From an uncultured cyanobacterium (GTDB lineage Bacteria; Cyanobacteriota; Cyanobacteriia; Cyanobacteriales; CAWCAG01): DNA of 64,000 bases. The notes below the pieces were generated by a model, which had not been told where the DNA came from, ran no database searches, and worked only from the letters and a program-made list of their open reading frames with translations. Positions 20,117-31,644 of the stretch are shown here, in pieces. Made by a program: the position numbers and the translations under genes. Location of the stretch: positions 1,056,001-1,120,000 of the forward strand of contig CAWCAG010000005.1 in the NCBI GenBank assembly GCA_963793425.1, written 5' to 3'. The first letter of the stretch is position 1. Every line of letters begins with the position of its first letter.

Positions 20117-22306
20117 ATGGGCAGAGTAGTCGGCATAGATTTGGGAACAACCAACTCCGTAGTAGCAGTTATGGAAGGTGGCAAGCCAATCGTGATTCCA
20201 AATTCAGAAGGAACACGCACCACTCCTTCTGTGGTTGGTTTTAATAAAGATGGCGAGTTGGTAGTAGGTCAAATGGCCCGTAGGCAGGCTGTTCTTAATC
20301 CTCAGAATACTTTTTATGGGGGCAAACGTCTCATCGGGCGCAAGTATTCAGAATTGACCCCGGAATCGAAGCAGGTTCCTTATACCATTCGTCGGGATGA
20401 AAATGGTAATCCGAAAATTAGGTGTCCTCGCTTGCGCCAAGAATTTTCCCCAGAAGAAATTGCAGCGAAGATTTTGCGGAAGCTAGCCGAAGAAGCTAGT
20501 CGTTATTTGGGGGAAGAAGTTACCGGGGCAGTGATTACGGTTCCTGCTTATTTTAATGATTCCCAAAGGCAAGCAACTAGGGATGCAGGCAAGATTGCTG
20601 GGTTGGAGGTTTTAAGGATTTTTAATGAACCTACTGCTGCTTCTTTGGCCTACGGTTTAGAACAGAAAAGTAATCGTACCATCCTCGTATTTGATGTGGG
20701 AGGAGGAACTTTTGATGTTTCTGTCCTTGAAGTGGGAGATGGAGTATTTGAAGTTCGTTCTACTAGCGGGGATACTCAGTTGGGGGGCAATGATTTTGAT
20801 CGTAAAATTGTTGATTGGTTAGCCGAACAGTTCTTAGAAACAGAAAAAGTGGATTTAAGGCGCGATCGCCAATCCTTGCAAAGATTAATGGAAGCGGCGG
20901 AAAAAGCGAAAATCGAACTTTCTGGAGTATCGGTTACAGAAATTAATTTACCCTTTATCACTGCTACAGAAGAAGGGCCAAAACATATTGAAACTCAGTT
21001 AACTCGTAATCAGTTTGAGGAATTATGTGGGGATTTGGTAAGTCGCTTACGCCGTCCCTTAAAACGGGCTGTGGTGGATGCTGGTTTGACCCCCAGGCAA
21101 ATTGATGACGTGGTACTGGTGGGGGGTTCTACTCGTATTCCGATGGTACAGGAGTTGGTGGAGAGTTTGATTAACCGCGAACCCAACCAAAATGTTAACC
21201 CCGATGAAGTTGTGGCGGTGGGGGCAGCGATTCAAGCGGGGATTGTAGGGGGAGAAATTAAGGATGTTCTCCTTTTGGATGTTACCCCCCTCTCCTTGGG
21301 TTTAGAAACCATTGGTGGAGTGACCAAAAAACTGATCCCTCGCAACACTACTATTCCCGTTCGCCGTTCCGACATCTTTTCTACCGGAGAAAATAACCAA
21401 ACAATGGTAGAAGTTCATGTCCTCCAAGGAGAAAGGGAAATGGCTGCTGATAACAAATCTTTGGGACGTTTCAAACTTACAGGTATTCCTCCTGCCCCTA
21501 GGGGAATCCCCCAAGTTCAAGTCGCTTTTGATATTGATGCTAACGGTATTCTCCAAGTCTCTACTATGGATAAAACCACCGGCAGAGAGCAAACTGTCAC
21601 CGTTCAAGGGTCTTCTACCCTCAGCGAAACAGAAATCAACAAAATGATCCAGGAAGCAGAAGAGTTTTCTCAATTAGATAGGGAACGCCGAGAAAGAATC
21701 GAAAAACGCAATCGCGCCCAAGCTTTGATCGATCAATCCCAAAGACGACTCCGGGAAGTAACCCTAGATTTTGGTAGCCAATTTGCTAGTTATTATCGTC
21801 GTCGCATCGAAGTTTTAATCGCAGAAATGCGTAATAGCTTAGAAAAAAATGACGAAAGGGGTATAGATCGCTCTCAATCTGATTTACAAGATACATTATA
21901 TGAATTAAACAGAGAAATCAGGATGCAATATGAAGACGAAGAAGATGACTTCTTCGGTTCGATTAAACGCACCTTCACCGGGGAAAAAGATCCTGATTAC
22001 GAAGCCCCCTACAATCCTAGAACTTCACCGGGATATGGCGGCGGAAGTAGTTACGATGACTACGAAGAACGTCCTCAACCCCGTTACAAAGATCCTTATA
22101 AGGAACGTCCTCAACCTCGTTACAAAGATTCCTACGACGATGGATACGATAACCGTAGCGATTACGCTCCGCCTACCACCAGAGGTGATCGCCGATACCG
22201 CCGCCCCAAGGACGAAGAATACCAACCTGAACGCAACAGTAAAAATCGCCCCCGACGTTATGAGTATGAAAATGATTGGGATGAAGAAGATGATGATTGG
22301 TTCTAA
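20117..22306 (+). CDS. dnaK: Molecular chaperone DnaK (long-tailed DnaK3-like paralogue)
   Basis: [15 protein letters not shown] and GGGTFD; extended Tyr/Asp/Arg-rich tail ending DDDWF. Confidence 0.97.
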   Translation: MGRVVGIDLGTTNSVVAVMEGGKPIVIPNSEGTRTTPSVVGFNKDGELVVGQMARRQAVLNPQNTFYGGKRLIGRKYSELTPESKQVPYTIRRDENGNPKIRCPRLRQEFSPEEIAAKILRKLAEEASRYLGEEVTGAVITVPAYFNDSQRQATRDAGKIAGLEVLRIFNEPTAASLAYGLEQKSNRTILVFDVGGGTFDVSVLEVGDGVFEVRSTSGDTQLGGNDFDRKIVDWLAEQFLETEKVDLRRDRQSLQRLMEAAEKAKIELSGVSVTEINLPFITATEEGPKHIETQLTRNQFEELCGDLVSRLRRPLKRAVVDAGLTPRQIDDVVLVGGSTRIPMVQELVESLINREPNQNVNPDEVVAVGAAIQAGIVGGEIKDVLLLDVTPLSLGLETIGGVTKKLIPRNTTIPVRRSDIFSTGENNQTMVEVHVLQGEREMAADNKSLGRFKLTGIPPAPRGIPQVQVAFDIDANGILQVSTMDKTTGREQTVTVQGSSTLSETEINKMIQEAEEFSQLDRERRERIEKRNRAQALIDQSQRRLREVTLDFGSQFASYYRRRIEVLIAEMRNSLEKNDERGIDRSQSDLQDTLYELNREIRMQYEDEEDDFFGSIKRTFTGEKDPDYEAPYNPRTSPGYGGGSSYDDYEERPQPRYKDPYKERPQPRYKDSYDDGYDNRSDYAPPTTRGDRRYRRPKDEEYQPERNSKNRPRRYEYENDWDEEDDDWF

Positions 22307-22442
22307 TCATTGATCATTAATCATTAATCATTGCTCAATGCAGAGGCGACCCTTTTTCTTATTATTGGCAAGCTAGAGTTTGAATTGAGCCTTTGCCCGT
22401 TGGTTTAGCCTACTATTCTCTGTTCCCTGTTCCCTGTTCCTT

Positions 22443-23438
22443 ATGCAAAACTTCCGCAACTACTACGAAATTCTGGGTATTAGTAAAGATGTCTCAGCAG
22501 AAGAGATTAAACGGGCTTATCGAAAACTAGCCCGGAAGTACCACCCTGATTTAAATCCGGGGGACAAGGTTGCTGAGGAGAAGTTTAAGAATCTTGGGGA
22601 AGCTTACGAAGTTCTCTCTGATGAGGCTAAGCGGTCAGAGTACGACCAGTTTACTCGTTATTGGCAACAGAAAGGCTTTCGTAAAGGGAAGGTGGCTGGT
22701 GGGGTTCGTAATAGCAGTCGTGGTGTAGATTACAGTCAGTATGGCGATTTTAATAGCTTTGTTGACCAGTTGATGGGTAGGCGAAGAGAAACAGGGGTAG
22801 GAGTTAAAAATAGACCGCCTAGTACTAGAATTACTACCAAAGATGCCTACCGTCCCGGAACGACTAAAAGTGCTTATACAGTGGGGGGAAGCGATAATGA
22901 TCGTCCTCCTGTTGCTAAGAAAAGCCGCCGTAATGTCGAAGCTAGGTTAACTCTACCCTTAGAAAAAGCTTACCAGGGCGGGAAAGAACGCATTCGTTTA
23001 GAAGATGGGCGTTCTTTGGAAGTGGAAATGCCTAAAGGGATGGTTGATGAACAAAAAATTCGCTTGCGGGGACAGGGGATTAATGGTGGGGATCTTTATT
23101 TGAAAATCACTGTTAAACCTCATGCCTTTTTTGTTTTACAAGGGAAAAATATTTTTTGCCAAGTTCCCTTAACTCCCACAGAAGCAGTTTTAGGGGGGGC
23201 GGTGGAAGTTCCTACCCTTGATGGTTTGGTGAAGATGAATGTTCCTCAAGGAGTGAAATCAGGTCAAAGATTGCGGCTGGCTAATAAAGGATATCCCGAT
23301 GGAAAAGGGAAACGAGGTGATCAATTGGTGGAGATAGAGGTGATTATCCCCAAAGAAATTAGCCCCGCTGAAAAAGAACTATACGAAAAGTTGCGAGAGG
23401 TAGAAACATTTAAACCCCGGCAAGATTTATTAAAGTAA
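22443..23438 (+). CDS. dnaJ: DnaJ-class co-chaperone (no zinc finger)
   Basis: J domain with HPD plus DnaJ C-terminal domain; directly downstream of dnaK. Confidence 0.92.
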   Translation: MQNFRNYYEILGISKDVSAEEIKRAYRKLARKYHPDLNPGDKVAEEKFKNLGEAYEVLSDEAKRSEYDQFTRYWQQKGFRKGKVAGGVRNSSRGVDYSQYGDFNSFVDQLMGRRRETGVGVKNRPPSTRITTKDAYRPGTTKSAYTVGGSDNDRPPVAKKSRRNVEARLTLPLEKAYQGGKERIRLEDGRSLEVEMPKGMVDEQKIRLRGQGINGGDLYLKITVKPHAFFVLQGKNIFCQVPLTPTEAVLGGAVEVPTLDGLVKMNVPQGVKSGQRLRLANKGYPDGKGKRGDQLVEIEVIIPKEISPAEKELYEKLREVETFKPRQDLLK

Positions 23439-23526
23439 AATTACTTTCCTCTACTCCCTTCTCCCTTCTACCTACTCCCCACCTTCACGAATAACCTGTG
23501 CTGCTAAAAAGGATCTAGTATAAATT

Positions 23527-26445
23527 ATGACACTTACACAGGTTTGGGGTTTATTACTTATCCTCATAGTTTGTCCCCTTTTGGGAGGATTACCCCTGAT
23601 TGCTTGGCTAACTTTTGCTTTAACAGGGAAAAATCTCCGGCAACTGGGTACAGGGAATGTTTCTGTTTCTGCTGCTTTTTATCATGGTGGCAAAGTTGTT
23701 GGTATTTTAGGCGTTTTATCAGAAGCTTTTAAAGGTATTGCTGCTGTCTTGTTAGCCCGTTACTTTTTCCCTACTGAAACTGTTTGGGAATTAGTGGCCT
23801 TAATTGCCTTAATCATGGGACGTTTCTGGATGGGGAAAGGGGCCGGAACTACCAATGTTGTTTGGGGTATGGTAGTTCATGATCCGATTACCGCAGCCCT
23901 AGTTTTCTTTTTAGGGGGTATTAGTTTTACCATTCTGCGGCAACGGGAATCTGGCCGCATCAGTGTTTTAATTTTACTACCTTTAGTTTTAGGTTTACGT
24001 CATAGTCATGAACCAGAAAGAATTTGGGGGGCGATCGCCCTTTCTGGTTTAATCTTCTGGATATATCAACAAATTCCTGATGATTTAGATTTGCCGGCTA
24101 CTGAAGGAAAGGTGGAGTCACAGAAGATGTTTCGTTTTTTTAGGGGCGATCGCGCTATTATCTCTCTCAATCAAAAACTTGACCCCGCTAAGGTGGGGGA
24201 AAAAGCTGCTAATTTGTCTCAATTGAAAAGTTGGGGTTATAACGTTCCCCCAGGTTGGGTTTTACTTCCAGGAGATGATTCTCAACCCTTAGTGAGTTTT
24301 TTGCAACCTTCAGAGGGTAATCCTTTGGTAGTTCGTTCTTCTGCCCTTGGTGAAGATTCTGTAGCTGCTTCAGCCGCCGGGCAATATTTATCGGTTTTAA
24401 ATGTGACTGATAAAAGGGCTTTGTCAACAGCTATTCTTAACTGTCTTGCTTCTTATAATATTCCTGCTGCTATTAAGTATCGTGATGATCGCAGTCAAGA
24501 AGATACTTCTATGGCAGTGTTGGTACAAAAACAGATCCAAGGTGTCTTTTCTGGGGTTGCTTTTAGTCGTGATCCAGTAGATCAGCTTAGTCAAGCTGTG
24601 GTGATTGAAGCTTTACCAGGAGATGCAGTCCAAGTGGTTTCCGGGCAGGTAACTCCGCAGCAATATCGAGTTTATCCTCAGAAATTGAATTCCCAGGATA
24701 AAACTAATCAACTAAGGGATTCGGTGATTGAAGGTACAGGAGATGTTCCCCCCAACATACTCCAAAAGGTTGCCAAGGTAGCTAGGGAATTAGAAAAGCG
24801 TTATCACGGTATTCCCCAAGATATTGAGTGGACTTATGATGGCAAAAAACTTTGGTTACTGCAAACACGACCGATAACTACTCTTTATCCGATTTGGACA
24901 CGCAAAATTGCGGCTGAAGTGATACCAGGGGTTATTCGTCCCCTTACTTGGTCAATTAATCGCCCCCTTACCTGTGGAGTTTGGGGAGATATTTTTACTC
25001 TGGTTTTGGGGGATGGGGCTAAAGGTTTAGATTTTAAACGTACAGCAACTCTCCATTACCAAAGGGCTTATTTCAATGCCACTCTCTTAGGAGAAATTTT
25101 CCGCCGCATGGGTTTGCCTCCAGAAAGTTTGGCATTCTTAACTAGAGGAGAAAAGTTTAGTAAACCGCCTTTGAGTTCAACTTTACGCAACTTACCTGGT
25201 TTGCTGCGGTTACTGAAGCGAGAGTTAAGTTTAGAAAAAGACTTTGACCGAGATTATCAACTTGAGTTTGCCCGAATTCTGGTTAAAGTTAACGCTCAAG
25301 ATCCTGATCAGTTGTCTCCTACCCAACTTCTAGAAAGAGTAGATACAATCCTTTTAGCCCTGAAACAAGCAACTTATTACAGCATTTTAGCTCCTTTAAG
25401 TTTAGCCATCAGACAAGGATTGTTCAAGGTCGATCCAGGGCAATTGGATAATAGCAGTACCCCAGAAGTAGAGGCGGTTAATAGTTTGGCAACTTTAGCT
25501 GCTAACACTCGTAATTTGCTGCCCATGAAACGCTTAGCTTCTGATAGTTGCCCTGCCCTATTTGCCCAGATTGCTGAAATGACTGATGGAACTAGCATTT
25601 TAGAACAGTTCGATCAATGGTTGGAACGCTACGGTTATCTGAGTGAAGCAGCAACGGATATTGCGATTCCCCGTTGGCAAGAAGATCCTCGACCTGTTAG
25701 AGAGTTATTTGCTAGATTTTTATTGAGTGGTGATGAGGGAAGAGAATCTCAGCCTTCCGGGTCAAAGAACTGGCGAGTTAAATTAGTACAAAGAAGACTT
25801 GATCTTAAAAGTTTAGTCACAGAGATTTATAGCCAATTATTAGCCCATTTACGTTTTTGTTTTGTGGCTATAGAAAAACAGTGGTTAACAACAGAATTGC
25901 TGGCAGTTAAAGGAGATATCTTTTTTCTCAAAATTGGCGAAATTCGTCGTTTAATTACGGAAGAAAACTCTGAATTGAGGGGGCGAATTCCTCAGTTAAT
26001 TGCCCAGAGGCGATCCCAATTTAAAGCAGACAAGAAGCTAGCAACTGTTCCTTACCTCGTCTACGGCAACACTCCAGCATCTTCATTTATTCCTCCTACC
26101 TCCACCTCTCCTGGTCAAAGATTGCAAGGCATCGGCGCAAGTCCAGGTAGATTTGTAGGAAGAGTCAGAGTGGCGCGAAATTTGCAAAATATAGGTGAGG
26201 TTGATAAAGAAACTGTTTTAGTAGTTCCTTACACAGACTCTGGTTGGTCACTTTTGCTTTCTCAAGCAGGAGGTTTAATTGCAGAAGTAGGAGGTCGTCT
26301 TTCCCACGGGGCTATTGTCGCCCGTGAGTATGGCATTCCTGCGGTGATGGATATTCATGATGCTACCCAAATATTCCAAGATGGCCAGCAGGTGTTGATT
26401 GATGGACAATCAGGAATAGTGGAGACAATGAACAATGATGCCTAA
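23527..26445 (+). CDS. Fusion of a PlsY-like membrane domain with a PPDK-type ATP-grasp domain and a PEP-utilising His-swivel domain
   Basis: GTGNVS/EAFKG/GKGAG in the N-terminal TM region; GEKAANL, VRSSA.GED..SAAGQY, DIEW..LLQTRPIT; SHGAIVAREYGIPAV. Confidence 0.85.
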   Translation: MTLTQVWGLLLILIVCPLLGGLPLIAWLTFALTGKNLRQLGTGNVSVSAAFYHGGKVVGILGVLSEAFKGIAAVLLARYFFPTETVWELVALIALIMGRFWMGKGAGTTNVVWGMVVHDPITAALVFFLGGISFTILRQRESGRISVLILLPLVLGLRHSHEPERIWGAIALSGLIFWIYQQIPDDLDLPATEGKVESQKMFRFFRGDRAIISLNQKLDPAKVGEKAANLSQLKSWGYNVPPGWVLLPGDDSQPLVSFLQPSEGNPLVVRSSALGEDSVAASAAGQYLSVLNVTDKRALSTAILNCLASYNIPAAIKYRDDRSQEDTSMAVLVQKQIQGVFSGVAFSRDPVDQLSQAVVIEALPGDAVQVVSGQVTPQQYRVYPQKLNSQDKTNQLRDSVIEGTGDVPPNILQKVAKVARELEKRYHGIPQDIEWTYDGKKLWLLQTRPITTLYPIWTRKIAAEVIPGVIRPLTWSINRPLTCGVWGDIFTLVLGDGAKGLDFKRTATLHYQRAYFNATLLGEIFRRMGLPPESLAFLTRGEKFSKPPLSSTLRNLPGLLRLLKRELSLEKDFDRDYQLEFARILVKVNAQDPDQLSPTQLLERVDTILLALKQATYYSILAPLSLAIRQGLFKVDPGQLDNSSTPEVEAVNSLATLAANTRNLLPMKRLASDSCPALFAQIAEMTDGTSILEQFDQWLERYGYLSEAATDIAIPRWQEDPRPVRELFARFLLSGDEGRESQPSGSKNWRVKLVQRRLDLKSLVTEIYSQLLAHLRFCFVAIEKQWLTTELLAVKGDIFFLKIGEIRRLITEENSELRGRIPQLIAQRRSQFKADKKLATVPYLVYGNTPASSFIPPTSTSPGQRLQGIGASPGRFVGRVRVARNLQNIGEVDKETVLVVPYTDSGWSLLLSQAGGLIAEVGGRLSHGAIVAREYGIPAVMDIHDATQIFQDGQQVLIDGQSGIVETMNNDA

Positions 26446-26466
26446 CGGCAACGGCAAAGCCGAACA
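26433..26466 (+). repeat. Small dispersed repeat overlapping the stop codon of the upstream gene
   Basis: CAATGATGCCTAACGGCAACGGCAAAGCCGAACA; near-identical copy at 59725-59757 on the minus strand. Confidence 0.75.
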
Positions 26467-26848
26467 GTTATCAGTGAACAGCGTCGGGTCAAAAGTAATA
26501 AGTAATAAATTTGACTATCAACGATGAACCTATCCCACTAACAGTTATATAAACATCTCCATAGGCTTTTTTGTTCAGGACTTACACACTCAGCGCCTGT
26601 AACCCTCTCCTCCCTACTCCCTTCTTTTAAGATTTTTAATTTTCAGATACAAAAAGCAACAAAACTTTAATCAATTTCTCGATTACTGCATAAGAATTGC
26701 ACAAAGACCTTGGTTGAATGGTTCTAGTCCGAAAGCTACTGAATTACTGACCACAAATTAATTGTTTCTGATTGTTGAGTTTATTAGAAACCAATTTTAT
26801 AAAGTTAGGTTTTTCAGTGTTTCTCAGAAAAATTTAGGAGAAGATTTA

Positions 26849-27367
26849 ATGTTAGACGCATTTACAAAAGTTGTTTCTCAGGCAGATGCCAGAGGCGAAT
26901 ACTTATCCGGCGATCAGTTAGATGCTCTTAGCCAAATGGTTAGCGAGAGCAACAAGCGCATGGATACTGTTAACCGCATCACCAGTAACTCTTCGGCTAT
27001 CGTTACCGATGCAGCTCGTGCTTTATTTGCTGAGCAGCCTCAGCTAATTGCTCCTGGTGGAAATGCTTACACCAGTCGTCGTATGGCAGCTTGCTTACGT
27101 GACATGGAAATTATCCTTCGTTATGTAACCTACGCCATCTTCTCTGGTGACGCTAGTGTTTTAGAAGACCGTTGCTTAAATGGTTTACGTGAAACCTACC
27201 AAGCTTTAGGAACTCCTGGAAGTTCTGTAGCAGTAGGCGTTAACAAAATGAAGGATGCTGCTGTTGCGATCGCTAACGACAAAAACGGCGTGACATCTGG
27301 TGATTGTAGTTCTTTAATGTCTGAAGTAGGCAGCTACTTTGACCGTGCAGCTTCTGCTGTTAGCTAA
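26849..27367 (+). CDS. cpcB: C-phycocyanin beta subunit
   Basis: [22 protein letters not shown] and GDCSSL; AGGAG RBS before ATG 26849. Confidence 0.98.
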   Translation: MLDAFTKVVSQADARGEYLSGDQLDALSQMVSESNKRMDTVNRITSNSSAIVTDAARALFAEQPQLIAPGGNAYTSRRMAACLRDMEIILRYVTYAIFSGDASVLEDRCLNGLRETYQALGTPGSSVAVGVNKMKDAAVAIANDKNGVTSGDCSSLMSEVGSYFDRAASAVS

Positions 27368-27430
27368 CTTCTTATCTAGATACAGCTCATTAAAATTATC
27401 AACTTTTTTGTAATACAAGGTATATAACCC

Positions 27431-27919
27431 ATGAAAACTCCCCTTACTGAAGCAGTATCCACAGCAGACGCTCAAGGTCGCTTCTTAAGCAGCAGCGAAA
27501 TTCAAGTTGCTTTTGGTCGTTTCCGCCAAGCTAGCGCTAGCTTAGAAGCTGCTAAAGGTCTAACCAGCAAAGCTGATAGCCTCGTTAGCAGTGCAGCACA
27601 AGCTGTTTACAAGAAGTTTCCTTACACCACCCAAATGGATGGTGCTAACTACGCTGCTGACCAACGTGGTAAAGATAAGTGCGCTCGTGACATCGGTTAC
27701 TACCTCCGCATGGTAACTTACTGCTTGGTTGCTGGTGGTACAGGCCCCATGGATGAGTATTTAATCGCTGGTATTGCTGAAATCAACAGCACCTTCGACC
27801 TATCTCCTAGCTGGTATGTAGAAGCTCTCAAAAGCATCAAAGCTAATCACGGTTTAAGTGGTGACCCTGCTGTCGAAGCTAACTCCTACATCGACTACGC
27901 TATTAATGCTCTTAGCTAG
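27431..27919 (+). CDS. cpcA: C-phycocyanin alpha subunit
   Basis: [18 protein letters not shown] and DYAINALS. Confidence 0.98.
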   Translation: MKTPLTEAVSTADAQGRFLSSSEIQVAFGRFRQASASLEAAKGLTSKADSLVSSAAQAVYKKFPYTTQMDGANYAADQRGKDKCARDIGYYLRMVTYCLVAGGTGPMDEYLIAGIAEINSTFDLSPSWYVEALKSIKANHGLSGDPAVEANSYIDYAINALS

Positions 27920-27932
27920 ATAAATTCTAGTA

Positions 27933-28006
27933 GCTCGGAATTGTAGGTGACTATTAAGCAGACAGTTACTGTTTGATGGTTTCCCATAATTCCGAGCAGT
28001 TTTTTT
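27933..28006 (+). terminator. Long stem-loop/attenuating terminator after cpcBA
   Basis: GCTCGGAATT...AATTCCGAGC followed by a T tract. Confidence 0.8.
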
Positions 28007-28039
28007 AATAACAGTATTAAGCAAAATGGAGTATAGCCA

Positions 28040-28864
28040 ATGGCCATCACAACAGCCGCATCTCGTTTAGGAGTCTCTGCTTTTAGCGAGACAAATTCTG
28101 TAGAGTTACGTCCTCATTGGACTCAGGAAGATGCCCAAGTTGCCATTAGTACAGTTTATAGACAAGTACTAGGCAATGACTACATCATGGAGTCAGAGCG
28201 TCTTACTAGTGCAGAATCTTTACTTTGCAATGGCTCAATTTCTGTACGGGAATTTGTCAGAGCGGTAGCTAAATCAGAATTATATAGAAACAAATTTTTC
28301 TATAACAACTATCATCCTCGCACCATTGAACTGAACTTTAAGCATTTACTTGGTCGCGCCCCTTACGATGAAGCTGAGATTATTGAGCATCTCGATATTT
28401 ATCAAAATGAAGGATTTGATGCAGATATTGATTCCTACATCGATTCTGAGGAGTATACCTCTAACTTTGGCGATAATATCGTACCCTACTACAGAGGTTT
28501 TTCGACCCAAAATGGTCAAAAAACCACTGGGTTCACTCGTATCTTCCAACTTTATCAAGGTTATGCTAACAGCGATCGCGCCCAAAGCAACACAGGCAGC
28601 CCTCGCTTAACCTACGATCTAGCTCGTAATATCACCAGCCCAATTCGTAATTCGGCTGTAGGACAAAATCTTACTGGTGCAACCACAACAGAGCGAGGAC
28701 AAACTTACCGCCTGCGGGTTTCCCAAGGTGCGCGAGGACGTGCGCCTCAATTACGGCGTAGCATCAAAGAATATGTCGTTCCTTACGAAAGACTTTCCCC
28801 AACCTTAAAAAAACTTAATCAGCTTGGCTGTCAGGTTTTAAGCATTACCAATGCTTCAAATTAA
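28040..28864 (+). CDS. cpcC: Phycocyanin-associated rod linker (CpcC2-like)
   Basis: Linker domain [15 protein letters not shown] plus a CpcD-like C-terminus. Confidence 0.93.
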   Translation: MAITTAASRLGVSAFSETNSVELRPHWTQEDAQVAISTVYRQVLGNDYIMESERLTSAESLLCNGSISVREFVRAVAKSELYRNKFFYNNYHPRTIELNFKHLLGRAPYDEAEIIEHLDIYQNEGFDADIDSYIDSEEYTSNFGDNIVPYYRGFSTQNGQKTTGFTRIFQLYQGYANSDRAQSNTGSPRLTYDLARNITSPIRNSAVGQNLTGATTTERGQTYRLRVSQGARGRAPQLRRSIKEYVVPYERLSPTLKKLNQLGCQVLSITNASN

Positions 28865-28887
28865 CATCAATGAGGAGAAATATTTAA

Positions 28888-29742
28888 GTGGCAATTACAA
28901 ACGCAGCTTCCCGTCTTGGGGTTTCGGCTTTCAATGATAGCCAGCCGGTGGAATTACGTCCTAACCCGAATCAAGACGATGTTAAAGCTGTAATTAGAGC
29001 TGTTTATCGCCAGGTGCTTGGTAACGACTATGTTATGGCTTCTGAGCGTCTTACAGCGACGGAATCATTACTTTCCAATGGCTCAATTACAGTGCGAGAC
29101 TTCGTTAGGGCTGTAGCTAAATCAGAACTATATAAGTCAAAGTTCCTTTATAATAGTTTCCAAACTAGAGTTATTGAGTTAAATCTCAAACATCTACTTG
29201 GTCGCGCTCCTTATGATGAATCAGAGGTAGTTTATCACCTCGATCTTTATCAAGAACAGGGTTTTGAAGCAGATATCGATTCCTACATTGATTCTGTAGA
29301 ATATGACGAAAACTTTGGTGACAACATTGTTCCTTACTATCGTTTTACTACCCAACCTCGACAAAAAACTGTTGGTTTTACCCGGATGTTTCAACTCTAC
29401 CGGGGTTATGCCAATAGCGATCGCAGCCAAATTGGCGGGACAGAATCCCGTCTGGCTAAAGAATTAGCGATGAATAGTTCTTCTGCGGTAGTAGGGCCTT
29501 CTGGAGGTAATGAAGGTTGGGCTTATCAAGCTTCCAAGCAAGGTACAACCCCTAACAAAACCTTTAAAACCCCTAATGCTGAACGTATCTATCGGGTGGA
29601 AATAGCGGGGATGAATTTACCACGATATCCCAAAGTGCGTCGTATTAATAAAGCCCTTTTAGTTCCCTATGACAAGCTCTCAGAAACCCTCCAGAAAGTT
29701 AATAAAATGGGTGGTAAGGTTGCTAGTATAACTGTGGCTTAA
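28888..29742 (+). CDS. cpcC: Phycocyanin-associated rod linker (CpcC1-like)
   Basis: Same linker motifs; GTG start with GAGGAG RBS. Confidence 0.93.
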   Translation: MAITNAASRLGVSAFNDSQPVELRPNPNQDDVKAVIRAVYRQVLGNDYVMASERLTATESLLSNGSITVRDFVRAVAKSELYKSKFLYNSFQTRVIELNLKHLLGRAPYDESEVVYHLDLYQEQGFEADIDSYIDSVEYDENFGDNIVPYYRFTTQPRQKTVGFTRMFQLYRGYANSDRSQIGGTESRLAKELAMNSSSAVVGPSGGNEGWAYQASKQGTTPNKTFKTPNAERIYRVEIAGMNLPRYPKVRRINKALLVPYDKLSETLQKVNKMGGKVASITVA

Positions 29743-29874
29743 AAGCTAGGTAATAGGTAATGGGTAATGGGAAAAGAATATTGTTACTTTGATTAAGTGT
29801 TCTTTGTTCTCTGTTGCCTGTTCCCTATTTCCTTTTTTTAAAGGGAAATTTATTTGTAGTAGGAGATAGGAAAA

Positions 29875-30141
29875 ATGTTAGGAAAATCAGTTATTGGTGG
29901 TAGAGGTGGTTCTTCGTTAAGTAATCGTACCTTTGTGTATGAAGTAACTGGATTAAGACAAAACAATCAAAACGATAGCAATAGTTATTCTTTTCGTAGT
30001 AGTAGCAGCGTCTTTATTCAGGTTCCCTATAATCGCATGAATGAAGAGATGCAGCGCATTACTCGTATGGGAGGAAAAATTGTTAATATTCGTCCGTCCG
30101 ATATGTCCGACAGTTCAAGCAAAAAAGATAGTTCTAAATAA
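29875..30141 (+). CDS. cpcD: Rod-capping linker
   Basis: FVYEVTGLRQ and VPYNRMNEEMQRITRMGGKIVNI. Confidence 0.95.
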   Translation: MLGKSVIGGRGGSSLSNRTFVYEVTGLRQNNQNDSNSYSFRSSSSVFIQVPYNRMNEEMQRITRMGGKIVNIRPSDMSDSSSKKDSSK

Positions 30142-30239
30142 TTAGTTACTTTCTTGAATGGTAAGGAGGAAAAGTCACTTCCTCCTACCCCTAAAAGTTT
30201 ATTAAAATCAAAATATTAAAATTACTAGGAAGAGAGTTA

Positions 30240-30977
30240 ATGGTTACTACAGATCAGTCCTCTCTTAGAGAAAGTCAACATATTCTCATTCGTGATTTAG
30301 CTAATTGTATTGAGGAGAGTTGGGAACGTTACTTAGAATTATCTCCCTACGAAATACCAGAGGATCTTGGTTATGTGGAAGGAAATTTAGAAGGGGAAAA
30401 GCTAGTTATTGAAAATCGCTGTTATCAAACCCCTCAGTTTCGCAAACTACATTTAGAATTAGCAAGGGTTGGCGATCGCTTAGATATTCTCCACTGTGTG
30501 ATGTTTCCGCGTCCGAATTATCCTCTACCCATCTTTGGTGCTGATTTGGTGGGAACTCAAGGTGGAATTGGGGCAGCTATTGTTGATTTATCCCCTGCTA
30601 ATCAGGATCGCGTTTTAGGGGAAAATTACGGCCAGGAGTTAGCAAATCTAGATGCAGTGGAGTTTTCCCAACCTCGTGATTTACCAGCTTGGGGAGATAT
30701 TTTTTCTCAATTTTGTTTGTTTGTACGTCCTACAGATGCTTCTGAGGAAAGGCTTTTTCTGAACCGAGTTCAGCAATTTCTTAGTCTACACTGTCAAATT
30801 GCTATTGCTACACCTCCTGTCTCTTCTGGGCTTCAGGAAGCAGAGATATTACAAGGACAGCGTTATTATTGCCAAAAGCAGCAACAGAATGATAAGACAC
30901 GGCGAGTATTAGAGAAGTCTTTAGGGGAAGCTTGGACTGAGCGTTATATGACAACAATGCTCTTTGATGTTGCTTAA
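30240..30977 (+). CDS. pcyA: Phycocyanobilin:ferredoxin oxidoreductase
   Basis: [20 protein letters not shown] and [11 protein letters not shown]. Confidence 0.95.
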   Translation: MVTTDQSSLRESQHILIRDLANCIEESWERYLELSPYEIPEDLGYVEGNLEGEKLVIENRCYQTPQFRKLHLELARVGDRLDILHCVMFPRPNYPLPIFGADLVGTQGGIGAAIVDLSPANQDRVLGENYGQELANLDAVEFSQPRDLPAWGDIFSQFCLFVRPTDASEERLFLNRVQQFLSLHCQIAIATPPVSSGLQEAEILQGQRYYCQKQQQNDKTRRVLEKSLGEAWTERYMTTMLFDVA

Positions 30978-31066
30978 AATGCTCTTACTCTGTGATTAAA
31001 TCAATTAACTTTTTTGGTGTTTCTTCAACTAAATTAAAGGCAGCTTCTTCAGAATTAGAATGAAGA

Positions 31067-31173
31067 TATAGCAATTCTTAGCCACATGAGGTACATAGCT
31101 TTTCCTCATTCTCCCTACTCCCTGCTCCCTCAAACCAGGAATTTAGTACCTCACAAGTAAGAGAATTGCCATA
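31067..31173. mobile_element. MITE-like element with imperfect terminal inverted repeats
   Basis: Left end TATAGCAATTCTTAGCCACATGAGGTAC versus reverse complement of right end TATGGCAATTCTCTTACTTGTGAGGTAC; non-coding interior. Confidence 0.6.
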
Positions 31174-31644
31174 TAAGACTTACTTTCTCTCACGAAATGG
31201 CGATTTTGTCAAAGAGCGATACAATGCTTAACAAAAAAGAAGTGTTAGCAAGGCAATTGTATTAAAGCAATACAAGCTTTTTGATGCTGTTATATTTACG
31301 AACGGATAAGGGTTTGAGACGATATGCCTTAGCTTCAGACTTTTTTTTCATAAGAATGGCCAGTATAGCAGTATTTAATAACTTGTTCTCAAGCATACTA
31401 TAGAGGAAAAGCCTACGAATAGGTTGTTGAGCTAAGCTTCATATCAGTTAACAAAAGCTCAGAAAAGTTGCTTGGTTTAAATAATTGTTTGGATAACCAG
31501 AATAAATAAAAGTTTTGCTTATGAGTACTTAGAGCAAATCTAAAATCGGAAGCATCTCAGTTTTGCCAAAATAAAGAAATCAGGAAAAATAGAAGCTGAA
31601 GTTTCCTGAAAAAAGAAATAGCATCAATATGTTCATATGAGTCT

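Noticed and set aside
26762..26848. N-terminal extension of CpcB in the ORF track
   Set aside because: The canonical MLDAF start with an AGGAG RBS is at 26849; the upstream part is 5' leader.
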